A DNA stretch of 63,366 nt, the filler included, from Rhabdomonas costata (lineage: Eukaryota): the NCBI GenBank assembly GCA_019059605.1. It is 36 parts of 36 records of this genome, joined end to end, with 100 filler letters (N's around TTAATTAATTAA, not from the genome) between each part and the next. Parts side by side here need not be neighbours in the genome. Positions count along the whole stretch, not along the records: positions 49,365 to 51,027 come from JAHMHO010011082.1; positions 51,128 to 52,790 come from JAHMHO010011083.1; positions 52,891 to 54,553 come from JAHMHO010011084.1; positions 54,654 to 56,316 come from JAHMHO010011085.1; positions 56,417 to 58,079 come from JAHMHO010011086.1; positions 58,180 to 59,842 come from JAHMHO010011087.1; positions 59,943 to 61,604 come from JAHMHO010011088.1; positions 61,705 to 63,366 come from JAHMHO010011089.1; 28 more parts are not named here. One strand, written 5' to 3'. The position numbers and the translations under genes are program-made. Positions 50,101-62,490 of this stretch are shown here, in pieces. The notes beneath the pieces are model-generated. The model saw only the letters and a list, made by a program, of their open reading frames with translations, had not been told where the DNA came from and searched no databases. Numbering within the stretch: the first letter of the stretch is position 1; every line of letters starts with the position of its first letter.

Positions 50101-51255
50101 GCATTCTTGGTGGTGTTGACACCGCACCCCTTCGATAGCTTTCGGTTGGAGCCCGGGTGGCCTCACTGGGACAGCCTCGTACCCATCGTACCCTCCCACT
50201 CCTCCATCAAACGAGAAGTCGACTCAAACCGGATGCTGACGGCAATACTGTTGGTTCTCTCGTTGCTTGGGTGAGTCCCGATAAGTCGTACTAAGGTGGT
50301 GTTTGAACCTCGGTTCCGTGAATTTCAGAGCAACGGAACGGTGCATCGCGGGGAGGGGTTCAGTGTTCATTCCCTCCCGGAATGAGTGAGTTTCCAAATG
50401 CTGGGGATGGTGTTAAGGTGCTCGGGCGCATCTCTGGCACCACTCAGAGCGATTGTCCACGTTATCATGGCGAAATCCCCCCCTCCCGCACTCCTCCGCA
50501 CTCTGCGCTGCTCTGAGCGGCCATTTCTTATGTTTCACCCGACTTGGAAGGTGGAAGGAAGTACAACCGCCTCTCCTGCGCCCTTCGCCAATTTTAGGCA
50601 CTCCTGCCAGTCCGGTCCCGAGTGTCGACCAGCGCCGAATCTGTTGCAAAGTCTAACTCAAATGCTGCCCGATACTGCCCCTTAGACTTTGGTTTCTTAT
50701 TTTCGCTTCGTTTGCTGCTCCGGCGGGTGTTTGTGATTAATGTCGACTCCGACCTCGGAGATTGACGCCGAGGCGCCTCCCGTGGCCCCTGTGGAACCTC
50801 CCGCAGTGGCCCCCCGCCCCTTTTTGGAGTCTTCACGACCGCCCGATCACTCCGAAGAGCAGCCCAGCAGCCCCGATGTCCCCGAAACTGCAGTTGTGGT
50901 CCCGATTACCACTACGACGACAGATGCGATGGCTGTAACAGAGGTCGGTGAGGAGCCCAGCAAATCGCCGCCCCCGGAGACCGTCGTTGTCCCGGTGGCG
51001 GCGATTTGCTGGGCTCCACACCAACCCNNNNNNNNNNNNNNNNNNNNNNNNNNNNNNNNNNNNNNNNNNNNTTAATTAATTAANNNNNNNNNNNNNNNNN
51101 NNNNNNNNNNNNNNNNNNNNNNNNNNNTTTGTTGGGTGGATTTTTGTGGAAAACCGGCTGTTTTGAGTCAGGATTCTTTTTTCAGTGGATCTGTTTATGG
51201 GGCTGGTGCTTTCTTGACGTTCGTACCTGTGTGCTGCACTCTGTTTTTGGCTCAG

Positions 51256-52669
51256 CCTGTGGGACCACCACGGTGAACGTGGCCCCGCCTCCAGTGATCG
51301 GCTCCTTCAGCTGCCTCTCTTCGAACGGCTCCATGGGGACGGCCATGACCACGATGTTCTCGCTAATCGTCGGCGGGGTGGTTGCAGTGCCCCCAGTGAA
51401 GTATGCCTTCTCCCACCAGGCCCTCAGCCGGGACTCCGACGGCTCTGTGGGCCAGAACGTGCCTCTCTCGGGTGGTTACCTCTCCGACGCCTCGATGACC
51501 GCGCTGCTGCCTGCCGGGGCGGCGCCGGACTACAAGCTGGTGATCTACGCGGATGTCCTGGATGGCTATGGCTTCGTCACGGAAGTCTCCTGCGTGGTGT
51601 TTGTGGAGCCCGTGCCCAACGTCACCGTCTCGACGGGTGGCTCCGACGTCGCCAACCTGACCTCAAACCAGACCTTGGGCAACCTAAACCAAACCCTCGA
51701 GCGGCAGATCCAGAACCAGGACAACCAGGGTGTCCGAGCGAGCATTGCGGCGGTGGCCTCGATGACTCTGACGTACACCGTCACCGTGAACATCACGCAG
51801 GCATGACTTTTTTATCTCCCGACCACAAAAACTGTTTAAAACCGGGAAGCTGTTTTGGCATAGGATGAAATGCAAGGTTCTTCCTGTTCTGTTTTGTTCA
51901 CTCTCAGTCGTCGCGCCTGCATTTTAGGGAAAACACAAGATATTTGCGGCTTATTGGTGACATCTCTGACTTTTTAGAGTGAGAACAGGGAGGTAATTCA
52001 CAGGTAAGGGCAAGGGAAAGACGTCTGCAGGGTAAAGACCCCAGAGGTAACAATGTGCGATGTGCACCGTTGCAAGTGCGCGTCCACAGTAAACAAGTGT
52101 GTGGAGGATAGAAAGAGTTCCCTACTAGGCGGCTCCGTCTCTGGGTCGCCAGAATCACCGGAGTCGAAAGTCCCACTGCTATCGTGTGTGATTCCTTCCC
52201 GGAAACCACCCCTTTCTGGTTGTCCCCACACAGATGATGACGCTCTACGTCAACGCCTCGCAGAACTGTGGGGCGAGCTGCACTGACTCCGCGTCGGCTC
52301 TGGCCAACCTTCAGGTCTGCTTCGCTCACAACCCATCATCGGTTGTCTGCCCGTTGTATGCCCGCCTTTTATCCGGCGACCGCCTCGAGGTTTTTTGGTG
52401 AAATACTTTCTCTGAAGAAAAGCACCCGCCCTTACTTATTTTTCTTCTCTTCCTCTCAGGTGCTTGGCGCCCTAGCCTCGGCTGGGGTGGTGCAGGCCGC
52501 AGCGATCGCACAAATCCTGCCCTTCATCGGGACTCAGGTTTGTAGCGCCACGGCGCGCAGCACGGTGCTGACTCAGCAAGCCGTGCTGGCGCTGAGCGCC
52601 CTGCTGCTCAGCGTGACCTCTGCCAATGACGCCGCCCTCTCCGCGCTGGTGCAGTCCACCCTGATGCAG
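51256..52669 (+). CDS. REJ-domain (PKD1/polycystin-like) protein, partial
   Basis: VNVAPPPVIGSFSC.....GTAMTTMFSL...PPVKYAFSH...LLPAGAAPDYKLVIYADVLDGYG is the REJ signature. Further exons at 52234-52314 and 52460-52669. Confidence 0.75.
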
Positions 52670-52890
52670 GTGGGCGGCGATTGGGCTGCGCAGTGCTCCT
52701 CCCCTTTCCCTTGGTTTATAGTGTAGTAGGTCGAGGTGCCCTCCCCCTGGCAGAATGTTTCGGTCATGTGCCCGGGGGAGGGCACCTCGANNNNNNNNNN
52801 NNNNNNNNNNNNNNNNNNNNNNNNNNNNNNNNNNTTAATTAATTAANNNNNNNNNNNNNNNNNNNNNNNNNNNNNNNNNNNNNNNNNNNN

Positions 52891-54553
52891 TGTTTTGGGT
52901 ATCAGCCTTCTTGCAGCCCACGTGTTGAGGGAAAAAACCACTCTCTCATCCGCAATAACATTGACTGCAGGCAGAAGGCCCGAAAAACGATCAAGCGCTC
53001 TCACGTTGCGGACGTCCGCGGTTCTCTTCCAGTGCCCTGCGTGAAGGGAGTAGTCCTCAGCTGAGTATGAGCGTTTGTCCTGCGAAGCAGATGCAAACTT
53101 TTGTTCTCTCGCTGCAATTACTGCCTGGTGTGTGGGCAGCAACCAAAGAGCATGTGCAGGTACTTGAGCTCGGGAGGATAACATGGTGCAGCGAGTGCTG
53201 ATGTTGGTGAGGACGAAAGAGATTTGAGGTGTTGTCATGACGGGTGTCCGGCAATGAAGAATGCAGTCCTGCAACACTGGGTCCTTCCGCGAGCGGTACA
53301 AGGTCGTGAGGCAAATTGAGAAGAAGTTGTATATCACAAGGCCCGAAAGCAGGGGTGATGGTTCGCCAATGGGTTCATTTTGATAGTGGTCGCCACAAGC
53401 GACAAGGCAGATTCCGCCAAACACCTTGTCATTGCCCCTGAGTTTGCGAAGAAGAATGTCCATTGCAGCCAGCAGCTTCGCCCCAACTTGAGCAAATTCG
53501 TCCACGAGGAGAACGTGGAGCTCTTGTAACATTCTCTTTTGAATGGGGTGGGATGCCAAGGTTCGAAGAGCTGAGCTTGCCAAGGAAGCCGCGGATTTTC
53601 CTCTTTGCTTGTCAACTCTGAAGCCAAAAAGAAGGTGGATATGAACACCACCAAGCTTCGCCGCTCGAAGTGCAGCAAGCGAAACCATGTCCCACTTCAG
53701 GTTCCCCTTGGACTGCAAGGTGCGACAGAGATCGGAAAGAATGTGTGTTTTGCCCGATCCAGGAGGTCCGGTGATGTACAGCGGGGCGACGAAGGGCATG
53801 CTGTCGAAGGTTGGAGTGCAGTCAAGCAGAGGTCTCAAATGATGCAGCAGGGCTGTCTTTGCTCGCTCCTGCTCGTCCCAGGATGCGTCAGATTGACCTT
53901 CACCACGGTGCCACTCTGGAACAGAGGTGACGTAAACCGCTTGTCTGGCCGACCGAGCTTCAGTGGCTTCCTTGTATTGCTCGTTGTGGCAAGAGGCGAG
54001 GTCATCTTCACTGCTGGGCCATGACAGGGTAAAGCGATCGACGTTGGAAAGGCTTTCCCATGTAGATCGAAATATGCTCATCATCGACTTGTAGCCACAT
54101 GGCCAGTAATGGAGACGATGTCCAAACTCTGAAAAAGTGGATGAAATGTTGAGAGGGCACCGCCTGGCGTGATCCAAGGTGTAGCGAAGCAGGGCCTCTT
54201 CGTCACCGAAGATTGTCGAGCGGATGGCGTTTTGAACGGTCCACGCTGCTACTTGGGAAGGCGAATAACGAGGATGGACTACTATCATCTCTTTGGCTTC
54301 GTAGTCCAAAAGCGCTGAAATCCAAGACAATTCCCCAGACAACGGTGGAGTGTCCAGCCTTGCGCTTTGGATAAACGCAGGTAAAAGTTCTTCCGCCCCG
54401 AGTCTCTGAAAAAGGTCACAGAGGCCCTTCATGTTGCGCAGGACGGTCTTCCTCAGCTTAACCCGAACTCCCCGGAGGTCGAAAAGACCGTTTTTCTTCC
54501 AGTCCAGGATGAAATCCTGACTCACCGCATGGCTGGAGAAGTGACCAAAAACC
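52891..54553 (-). mobile_element. Intronless Pif1-family (SF1B) helicase ORF, open at both ends; probable Helitron-like element
   Basis: About 554 uninterrupted codons with YITGPPGSGKT (Walker A), LGGVHIHLLF, LLVDEFAQ (Walker B), LRGNDKVFGGICLVACGDHYQNEPI (Pif1 signature) and LTTLYRS. The helicase call is strong; the mobile-element assignment is inference. Confidence 0.75.
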
Positions 54554-54725
54554 NNNNNNNNNNNNNNNNNNNNNNNNNNNNNNNNNNNNNNNNNNNNTTA
54601 ATTAATTAANNNNNNNNNNNNNNNNNNNNNNNNNNNNNNNNNNNNNNNNNNNNGTAAGTTCGGTAACTTGCGAGTGAATTCCAGTGTCACTCCTACGTCA
54701 TTAAAGCAGTAGACACGGCTGTCAC

Positions 54726-56091
54726 CTTGTACAGCTGGTCATCGAAGTCTGCCAGCTGGGCGACGGAACCCATCGCGTCTTTGGTCATGAAGAAAGGTGG
54801 GTACACAGAGGTGTAATTCTTTGTGATGAGAAAATTCATTGCATAGGAGATGAGTCCAAGCTGAAGCTGAACCAGCTGACCTTGCAAAAAGAAGGCACGA
54901 CCACCGGCAACCTTGGTGGCAACCTGCGACAAGAAAGAGACGAGGAGTGGCTATGCTGGGAATTCATTCAACAGGAAAGTCGACCTCAGGTTATCAGGTT
55001 ACAGGTGAGGTGGGGCCAAACTGCAACTGGGTTTCAAGTCCAGTATTGCCTTACGTCGAAAAGCAGGATTTACTTGTACTAACTCATACGCTGGACAACC
55101 ACCCAAACCAAAAGTTTGACATAACGCAAGTTACTTTGACATTTCTGCAGGTAAATGAAGGACTGAGGCTGCAGGGTGGGGGTGGGGGGCCGAGTAAGGG
55201 ATGGACCGGGGCTGGAAACAAAACATTGCAACCTTGACGGATCCGGTTCCCGGATGGTGATGATGAGGTTCCAAGTTGTCAAAGTTGTATAAAAGCCCAA
55301 TCAGAGACCCGCTCCACTCGCCCCACAGGACACTGCAAACTTTGGTGCGGGCCCTAATTTAGGATGGAAAACGAAAAGCAAACCTCCCCAGTTTCCATCC
55401 CCATCTTGGACATGAGGTCGACATGGTTGGGCAACCCCGCCTGCGGTTTCTTCTCGCCCCATGTTCGGAGCACGTCGTTCTGATCTTCGTCAGCTGTGGG
55501 CTTGCAGTCCTCGTGAACGATGTTTCCAACCGTCCCGAGGAGCTTGTCGCGACGCTGCTCCACCTCCACGGCTTGCTGGTCGACTTTTTGCACCTCCTGA
55601 GGGAATGGGTTTCCACGTTAGCCTCTACAAAGTGATGAAGTGCGAAGGATCAGGCCGAGAGAAAATGAGCGGTGGACCTGGTCAACAAGCTTGGACAGCG
55701 ATTTCAGTTGAGTGACCGTGAGTGTGTCGAGCTGGTCCTTGGGCAGTGCCTCTAAGGTCTGGAGCAGGGCTCCAGGAAGTGGAAGATCCTCCCCATCAGC
55801 CTCTTTCTTCTTCTTCTTGTCAGCAATGGTCTTGGAGCACAAACCCGCCATGCGACGCATGTTGTCGGCTTTACCTAAAATTGGCAAAACCGCGAGGTAA
55901 TAGAAGCCAAACGTATTTTTTCAGGTTTAAAAATAAGAAATCTGTTGACCTTGAAGCTTCCTCCATTCATCGTCGATCGCAATGACACGGTCAACAACCC
56001 CAACGTCTTGACATCTTCTCCTCTGAGACTCCCGGACAAGATCCGGGTTGCCACCTTTGTCTTTTCGAAACAAGAGAATGTCAAGCACCAT
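54726..56091 (-). CDS. SARS: Cytosolic seryl-tRNA synthetase, 5' part (4 exons)
   Basis: Exons 56091-55950, 55874-55678, 55596-55384 and 54923-54726. They encode MVLDILLFRKDKGGNPDLVRESQRRR, VGNIVHEDC, NHVDL, VAGGRAFFL and PPFFMTKDAMGSVAQLADFDDQLYK. Confidence 0.97.
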
Positions 56092-56167
56092 TAGTAAACC
56101 TGAGCGCTTCGTCTCAAAAAACAGCAGCTGTGGGTGTCAAATTTCAAAACACAGGCGACGGAGCTTT

Positions 56168-56194
56168 GACAATTAAGACAATTAAGACAATTAA
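56168..56194. repeat. Tandem 9-mer (GACAATTAA)x3 upstream of the SerRS start codon
   Basis: Three exact copies about 80-100 nt 5' of the ATG on the coding strand. Confidence 0.8.
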
Positions 56195-56416
56195 AGGCGA
56201 CAAATTGCAGCGCCATATAGAGCCATCAAAAAATTTAAGAAGCGTTTCAGCAGACCCTATCACCCCGATTCGAAAGTGAAAGGACCGTTTCAAAGACACA
56301 GCAGAAAAACCACCCCNNNNNNNNNNNNNNNNNNNNNNNNNNNNNNNNNNNNNNNNNNNNTTAATTAATTAANNNNNNNNNNNNNNNNNNNNNNNNNNNN
56401 NNNNNNNNNNNNNNNN

Positions 56417-57607
56417 GGTGTGGGGTTTCCGGCAGAGTCGGAGTACGCCACGCGATGCTTCGAAAAGGCCGTGGAGCTGGACCCCGAGGACCTACAGACG
56501 TGCCTGAGCTACGCAACTTTTCTGCACTCCGCGCGGAAGAATCCCAAGGCTGCCCTAGAGCACTATGCGAGGGTAGGGCGCGCGCATGGGCACGGTTCCA
56601 AATTTCCCACATTCCCTTCTAGGGTCTACAGTCGGAGAAGATACCGAGTATGCGTCTTTCAGTTGGGTAACGTGGCACATGGTTTTCTTTTTCAGAGCAG
56701 GTGTAAAAGAAATCACACGAAGCTTCTTCCAAACCCAGCCCATGCTGCGAGTTATAGTGGCTTGCACTCCAGTTTTGCCTTCCATTCTACAGGCACTTTC
56801 TGTGGATCCTTTGTCGGCGTCCTCCTCCGTTGCAAAGTATCTGCTCGAGTGGCTAGGTATGCTTTCTGTTCACCAAAACCCGCCCACGCCCCTTTACACT
56901 ACTACTACTACTACTACTACTACTCTACTCTACTCTATATGTGCCAACTCTCTCCTTTCATGTTTCGCAGCTTAGCGACGAAAGTATGTGATGTTTCAGG
57001 TCTTTGATGCCCTTATTAACCCCGTTCGAAACATAAAATCATTATCTCCCGCCGTAAGTGTACTGGTTTGTGCTTACATTGTATGTGTTTTTGCCCACCG
57101 TTTCATTAGACGTTGTTTCCAAGTTGACAAGTTGACAAGAAAATGCTGAGAAATTTGATAACTTTAAACTGCTCACAGCCCGACTCCGTATTCCTGCGCA
57201 CAAGCACTGATGAGCGATTCAGAGTGGGAATTATTTGCCACATTGCAGGAAAACGCAGGATGCACGCCGCCTTCGACGAGATTGTCCGGCGCGCTCTCCC
57301 AGAAACTCCCATTCTGGGTTATTTGGGGTATGCCACCTTCTTTGTTGACGAGCAGGAGGACGCCTCGGTCGCAGACAAGTATTTCAAACGATGTCTGGCC
57401 ATCTCCCAGGAAGACAGCCATGTGGTGCCCGAGCTGTATGCCCAGATGCTGGTGAAGTACAGCTCTTTCTGCATACACACCATGAACAGGCGCTCGGAGG
57501 GAATGGAGGTGCTACGGAGGGCTCTGGCGATCGCTCCGAACCTCCCGCCCGAGCTCGCTCGCTCGATTAGGGAGATGCTTGAGCAGTATGACGACCCGCA
57601 GAAGTGA
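56417..57607 (+). CDS. TPR-repeat protein, 3' part (3 exons)
   Basis: Exons ending at 56572, 56793-56856 and 57249-57607 join in phase. They encode ATRCFEKAVELDPED...YATFL, ADKYFKRCLAI and EVLRRALAIAPN. Confidence 0.8.
56898..56924 (+). repeat. (ACT)n microsatellite in an intron
   Basis: About 9 tandem copies. Confidence 0.85.
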
Positions 57608-58994
57608 TTGGCATAGTGGCAGGAGCTTCGGTTGCGAAGCCGATAAATGCCAACGACTGCACTGTGTGACTAGTTTCCATTTCGTGCCTCAGGTTCCAAA
57701 TGGTCCGTGTTTAGACCTTGCAACGTGGATACATTCAGCCCTTGGACTTGCCTCATTTATCCGTTCCCCTCTGCGGATTCCCACGACATTAAGTAATTCC
57801 TTATGGCACTTTGGAATACGGTGATTTCTCATCCCCTCAAACATGTTAACGTCAACACTTCCAACCCGCTCGCCCGACCCGTACGCGCCTATACAAACAC
57901 CCATACACGCGACTCCTGCAACCTCGAAAACACTCCCCGATTCTCGCCCTCCCCGATTCTTCTCCCCTTCCCAAACCACTTCTCTTCATTCTGTACAAAC
58001 ATAAATAGTGTATTCAGACCTTACGGTACTCTTCCGCCACCCAACTGTCTCGCACACGCCGTGAGTAGGTGCAAAAATGNNNNNNNNNNNNNNNNNNNNN
58101 NNNNNNNNNNNNNNNNNNNNNNNTTAATTAATTAANNNNNNNNNNNNNNNNNNNNNNNNNNNNNNNNNNNNNNNNNNNNTGTTTGTGTTGCAATTTAATA
58201 ATGCTCACAGTATACAAATGCGCACAGCTTTTTACAAAACGGGGGAAATAAGGAAAAAAAAAGGAACAAAAAAAAGGAAAACGACTGTGTGTGTGTCCGC
58301 TAACTCTGCGGTCCTTGTGGTCAGCTGTAATTCTTCCAGTTAAGCACCATCCGGAACGCCTTTTCGTCTCCTCGGCGAAGAATCCTATGGGCAGAGCGAT
58401 CGCTTGGGTCTCCCAACAGTCACGTGCACGAATCCTCCTGCTGTTTCGACCGCTCTTTGAGAGAGAGAGAGTACCCGGTTTCTGAGCGGCAGATGGACCT
58501 GTTGTGCATTCCTGACATCATCTCCCGGGCATCAGCCTGTCGGCTTGATGCAGCTCTCGGACAAGGAGCAAATACGCCATGTTTTTGCATGGTCACCGCA
58601 TCGACGACAACGGCAACGACGATATGGTTTTTTGGTCAACGACCGCTCCACGCCTCCAAACTAGAGAACGCCTAAACGGCAGCGAGGGGAGAAATCACCC
58701 TTCAGCAGCCTGAGAGCCATGGACAGGGGCGACTGAAGGATGCCCCGTGTTTGAGAGAGAGATAGACCTCTCTCTCTTGAGTCTCGCGACTGCTCGAGAC
58801 TCCGTCATCTCCAGGCACCTCTTGTCCCCATCCAGACACCTGCTGGCCCCCAGGGGAAGTCCTGGTTGAGGTGGGGCCAACGTTGCCTTCAGCCTAACGC
58901 ATAATCGAGACCAGCGTGATCGACCGTGATATGGATTCGAGCGGACTTCAGTGCCTGACAGTATCCGTCTTTGTGTGTTTTGTGTAAATTTCAG

Positions 58995-59546
58995 GAGTGG
59001 TGTGCGCGGAGTGCGCCTGTGAACTCGGTGGAGCTTCTCGCTATGCTCCGGCAGCTACTTCGGGGCCTACACTTCGTGCACAGCGAGGGAGTGTTGCACC
59101 GGTGCGTTCTGCATTTTTTGGTGAGGAGCATTTTAAGGGCAGTCAGTAACACACCAGCTGCCAATTGGTTTCAATTGTTTCCAGAGATCCTCGCATCGTC
59201 TTTTATTTGATTCCTAAGGCAGTCATTTGGTTTGGTGCACTTTCAAGAATTGGGCATGAGCTGCCGATCCATACGAGCATACGGCATGAGCTGCCGATCA
59301 CTACGTCTTTTCAGATGGACACCACTGTCTTTGTCTGCTGGCTTGTCAATGTGCAGAGACCTGAAGCCCAGCAACGTTTTCATTGGTAAACGTGGAGTGC
59401 TCAAGATTGGCGACTTCGGGCTAAGCTGCGTCCGCGGTGGCTCACAAGCTCCGGGAGGTCAGGGCACTTCCGGTGCAACTGGGGACCCGGGCTCTCCATC
59501 CTCCCCACTTGTGGTCTTCGAGGACGACTCTGAGAGCGGCTCTCCG
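58995..59546 (+). CDS. Ser/Thr protein kinase (eIF2-alpha kinase-like), internal exons
   Basis: Exons 58995-59101 and 59357-59546 give [27 protein letters not shown]....LKIGDFGLS followed by a long activation-loop insert. Confidence 0.9.
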
Positions 59547-62109
59547 GTACGTACCAACGGATGGCAGCTTCTTCACACCACATTACCGCGTTCATTGGTC
59601 AAAGCCCTACATTGGAAAGATTCGATCAGATCGAATCAAACGGCTTTTCTGGACAACGTTTCGTTTGTGTTTGACGAGATTGTGATTCTCACGACTTTTA
59701 ACCGGACTCCGTTGGTCCGGTACCGCGAACGACAATTACCAGTTCGGTTCGGCCTCGCACACACTCTTGAGTGACACAAAAAAACAACCACCACAGAAAA
59801 ATGAACTGAAGAAAAACCAAAAACCCCAAACACACCCACCACNNNNNNNNNNNNNNNNNNNNNNNNNNNNNNNNNNNNNNNNNNNNTTAATTAATTAANN
59901 NNNNNNNNNNNNNNNNNNNNNNNNNNNNNNNNNNNNNNNNNNTGTGTGTGATGCTGCTTGCAGATTGTGATTAAATGTGACTAAATGATTTCCCGATGAA
60001 CTTTTGGAATATTTATTTACAAAATGGCAAACCCATCCTTGGGGTAACCTCCAGGTTGCTTTCTTTTTTCAACTTTTGTTGTCGCCGGTGGTGCTCGGCT
60101 AAGGACGAGAGTCCCCTTGCCGAGCACACCCAATAAAATATAGCGAGAAAAGCAAGGGTGCTGAGGGCGGGGAAGTTGCTCGTAAAGCGCGAGCCTCCCA
60201 GCGTAGGGGAATCCGTCGAAGACGGTGTCCATTCGCTCCGCTGAAATTGAGGGTATCAAACGGCAGCGCAAAAGCCAGGCGCGAATATATAAATTACTTA
60301 ATTATTAGTATTTGGAACACATCCGTTTCTGAGCTGAGACCGTCGAGAAGGGGGATGGCGGAACTGCTCCCCTCCTCTCCGTGTCGCTCAGTACTATTGG
60401 GAAGGGGTGGTGGCTCATTTTATGCTATTTGTCCGCTGTTCACCCACCAGATCGCCCATCAGAGTGCATAATTTCTTTCGGATGACCCTAACAAATATGG
60501 GTGGGGGTAAAAGTCTGGGTGTAAATGCCATGGGAAGACGTGCTCTTCACTCTAATGGCCTACCTCTTCTTTCTGAATAACTTTGTCAGCCTGTGAACGA
60601 TCTGTGACGGTCGTCGGACGATGGATTGCTGGGGCGGAATTGGGACCGCTTGTCACGACCGCTTCGGTTTCGGTTTTTGGTGGCTGTGGAGCTTATATTG
60701 GTGATCGCTATGGATCGAGAGAAAGCCTCAAAGAAGCATCAATCCAACGAACGCTCGGGGACAGTCATGAACGCCCATTTGGCAACTTCCGATCGAAAAA
60801 AGACGCACAGGTCAAACGCGTGCATCTGGGGATAGATGGACCGACCTGATCTTCCGAGCGCGCTCGAGCTGTGCCGCGCGCTTCTCCTTGTAATCCTGGA
60901 CATTGAAGGGCTGCCGTGAAGAATGCATCTTCTCTAAACAGTGGGGGGGGGGGAGGCTTCAAAGGGAACGAGCAGAAAAATGGAAAAAGAATATCAGGTC
61001 CGCTGAAAGTGGAGTGGGAAGACGCCCGACTAATTGGTTGGACCTGCGAACTGCACCACTTGGTCACAAGGCACCCAAAAAGGAGCTGTAGCCACTCAAG
61101 AGGGAGGGTGAAGGATACGGCAATGGTGGGAAAGTGCAACCTGCATCCGTTGGATAAAATTGATAGTATGCAAAAACGAGGCAAGCCGTTCTGCTTTTAT
61201 TACTTATCTAACACATACGCGATGGGTTTTTTTAAAAAGGAATTCACGCCAGCGCCACCCGTGCATTTTCCAGAATGAGCAAGTGATGTCAAGAACTCGC
61301 CCCCCCCACACACGCAGACCTCGCTTCAACCAGGCAAGAGAACAGGACGGACCGGACCCGTGCGAGAGAGAAAAGTCCAATTCCTATTTCACAGGATAAA
61401 AGGACTCCCGCAACGGCTGCGAGAAGTTCCCACGGCCTTGGGAGTTGGCTGCGACAGTTACCGACCAGCGACACACAGCACAAGGCAGCAAAAGAACACA
61501 CTTAGGCAAACGTTACGGCACAGAACAGAGAAACCCTCGGGGTTTCCGGGAACCCCCGCTAAAAACACCGATGCATCAAAAATGAAATCAAAAGGGGGTG
61601 GCATNNNNNNNNNNNNNNNNNNNNNNNNNNNNNNNNNNNNNNNNNNNNTTAATTAATTAANNNNNNNNNNNNNNNNNNNNNNNNNNNNNNNNNNNNNNNN
61701 NNNNTTTTTTTGTGCTGCTAACTTCTCATCCCACCGCTCGGCGGGGGGAGCGCGAGCCCACTGAGCGGTGGGATGAGAAGTTAGCAGCACAAGAGGCAAC
61801 AGCCAGATTCACCATGACATTTGAAGCATCCAGAGAGAGACAGAAGCTCCAAGCGATGGTGAAAAGAAAGTGCGGGCCACTACAGGATGTGAGCTGGAGC
61901 GGCATGGAGCGAGATAAAAGGATGGAGCTGGAAGGCGATGAGCTGATGGAACGCCACGTTGTCGAAGTGAGCACAGCGTTAGCTCGGAGAGCAGCACTGA
62001 GGATACCCGGGAATGGTGAAGAAGCCTCAACTCAACGCCCCCATCTCGGAGGAAAGGAACGAGTTCAGTCCCTCCCAGCGGGCAGGAATGTTCGAAAAAA
62101 AAATTAGAA

Positions 62110-62490
62110 CAGCTTGAAGGGGAGGAGAGATTGAATCTCATGGATCTTTGGCGGGACGAGGTCGCAAAGCTGAAGCAGCGTGCACAGCAAAACCAAGAGC
62201 GAGTTGCATTGCTCCGAAGGGAAGCGCAAGTCCAGAGAGAAAGAGAAAAATTGCATGAGCTGGAGGAAGCGTTGAGCAAATCGCATTACGAGGGGCTGGG
62301 GGTGCATTTGCAAAGCAACATCCAGGGCAATCAGAGCAGCGTACAGGAGATTGGCATTGGAGTGCCACCCAGATAAATTCCCGCTGGAGATCACGAAGGC
62401 AACCGCCTTGTTTCAGGCCCTGCGACGGGCATACGAGACCTTGTTAGACGCGCAGGCACGGAAGGCTATGATCAAATGCTGGAGTCAGCC
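62110..62490 (+). pseudogene. Frameshifted intronless coiled-coil + J-domain (DnaJ) sequence
   Basis: SHYEGLGV / ATSRAIRAAYRRLALECHPDKF....ATALFQALRRAYETLLDAQARK / YDQ. The HPD motif is intact but the domain is split by frameshifts at about 62310 and 62467. Confidence 0.75.

Noticed and set aside
56420-57007. 195-aa ORF with poly-Tyr
   Set aside because: It is read-through from a TPR exon into an intron containing an (ACT)n microsatellite.
1665-61704. Regularly spaced TTAATTAATTAA repeat (about 1.76-kb period) as a CRISPR-like or biological array
   Set aside because: It is always embedded in exactly 44+44 N and is a six-frame-stop scaffolding linker. The periodicity reflects contigs of similar length.
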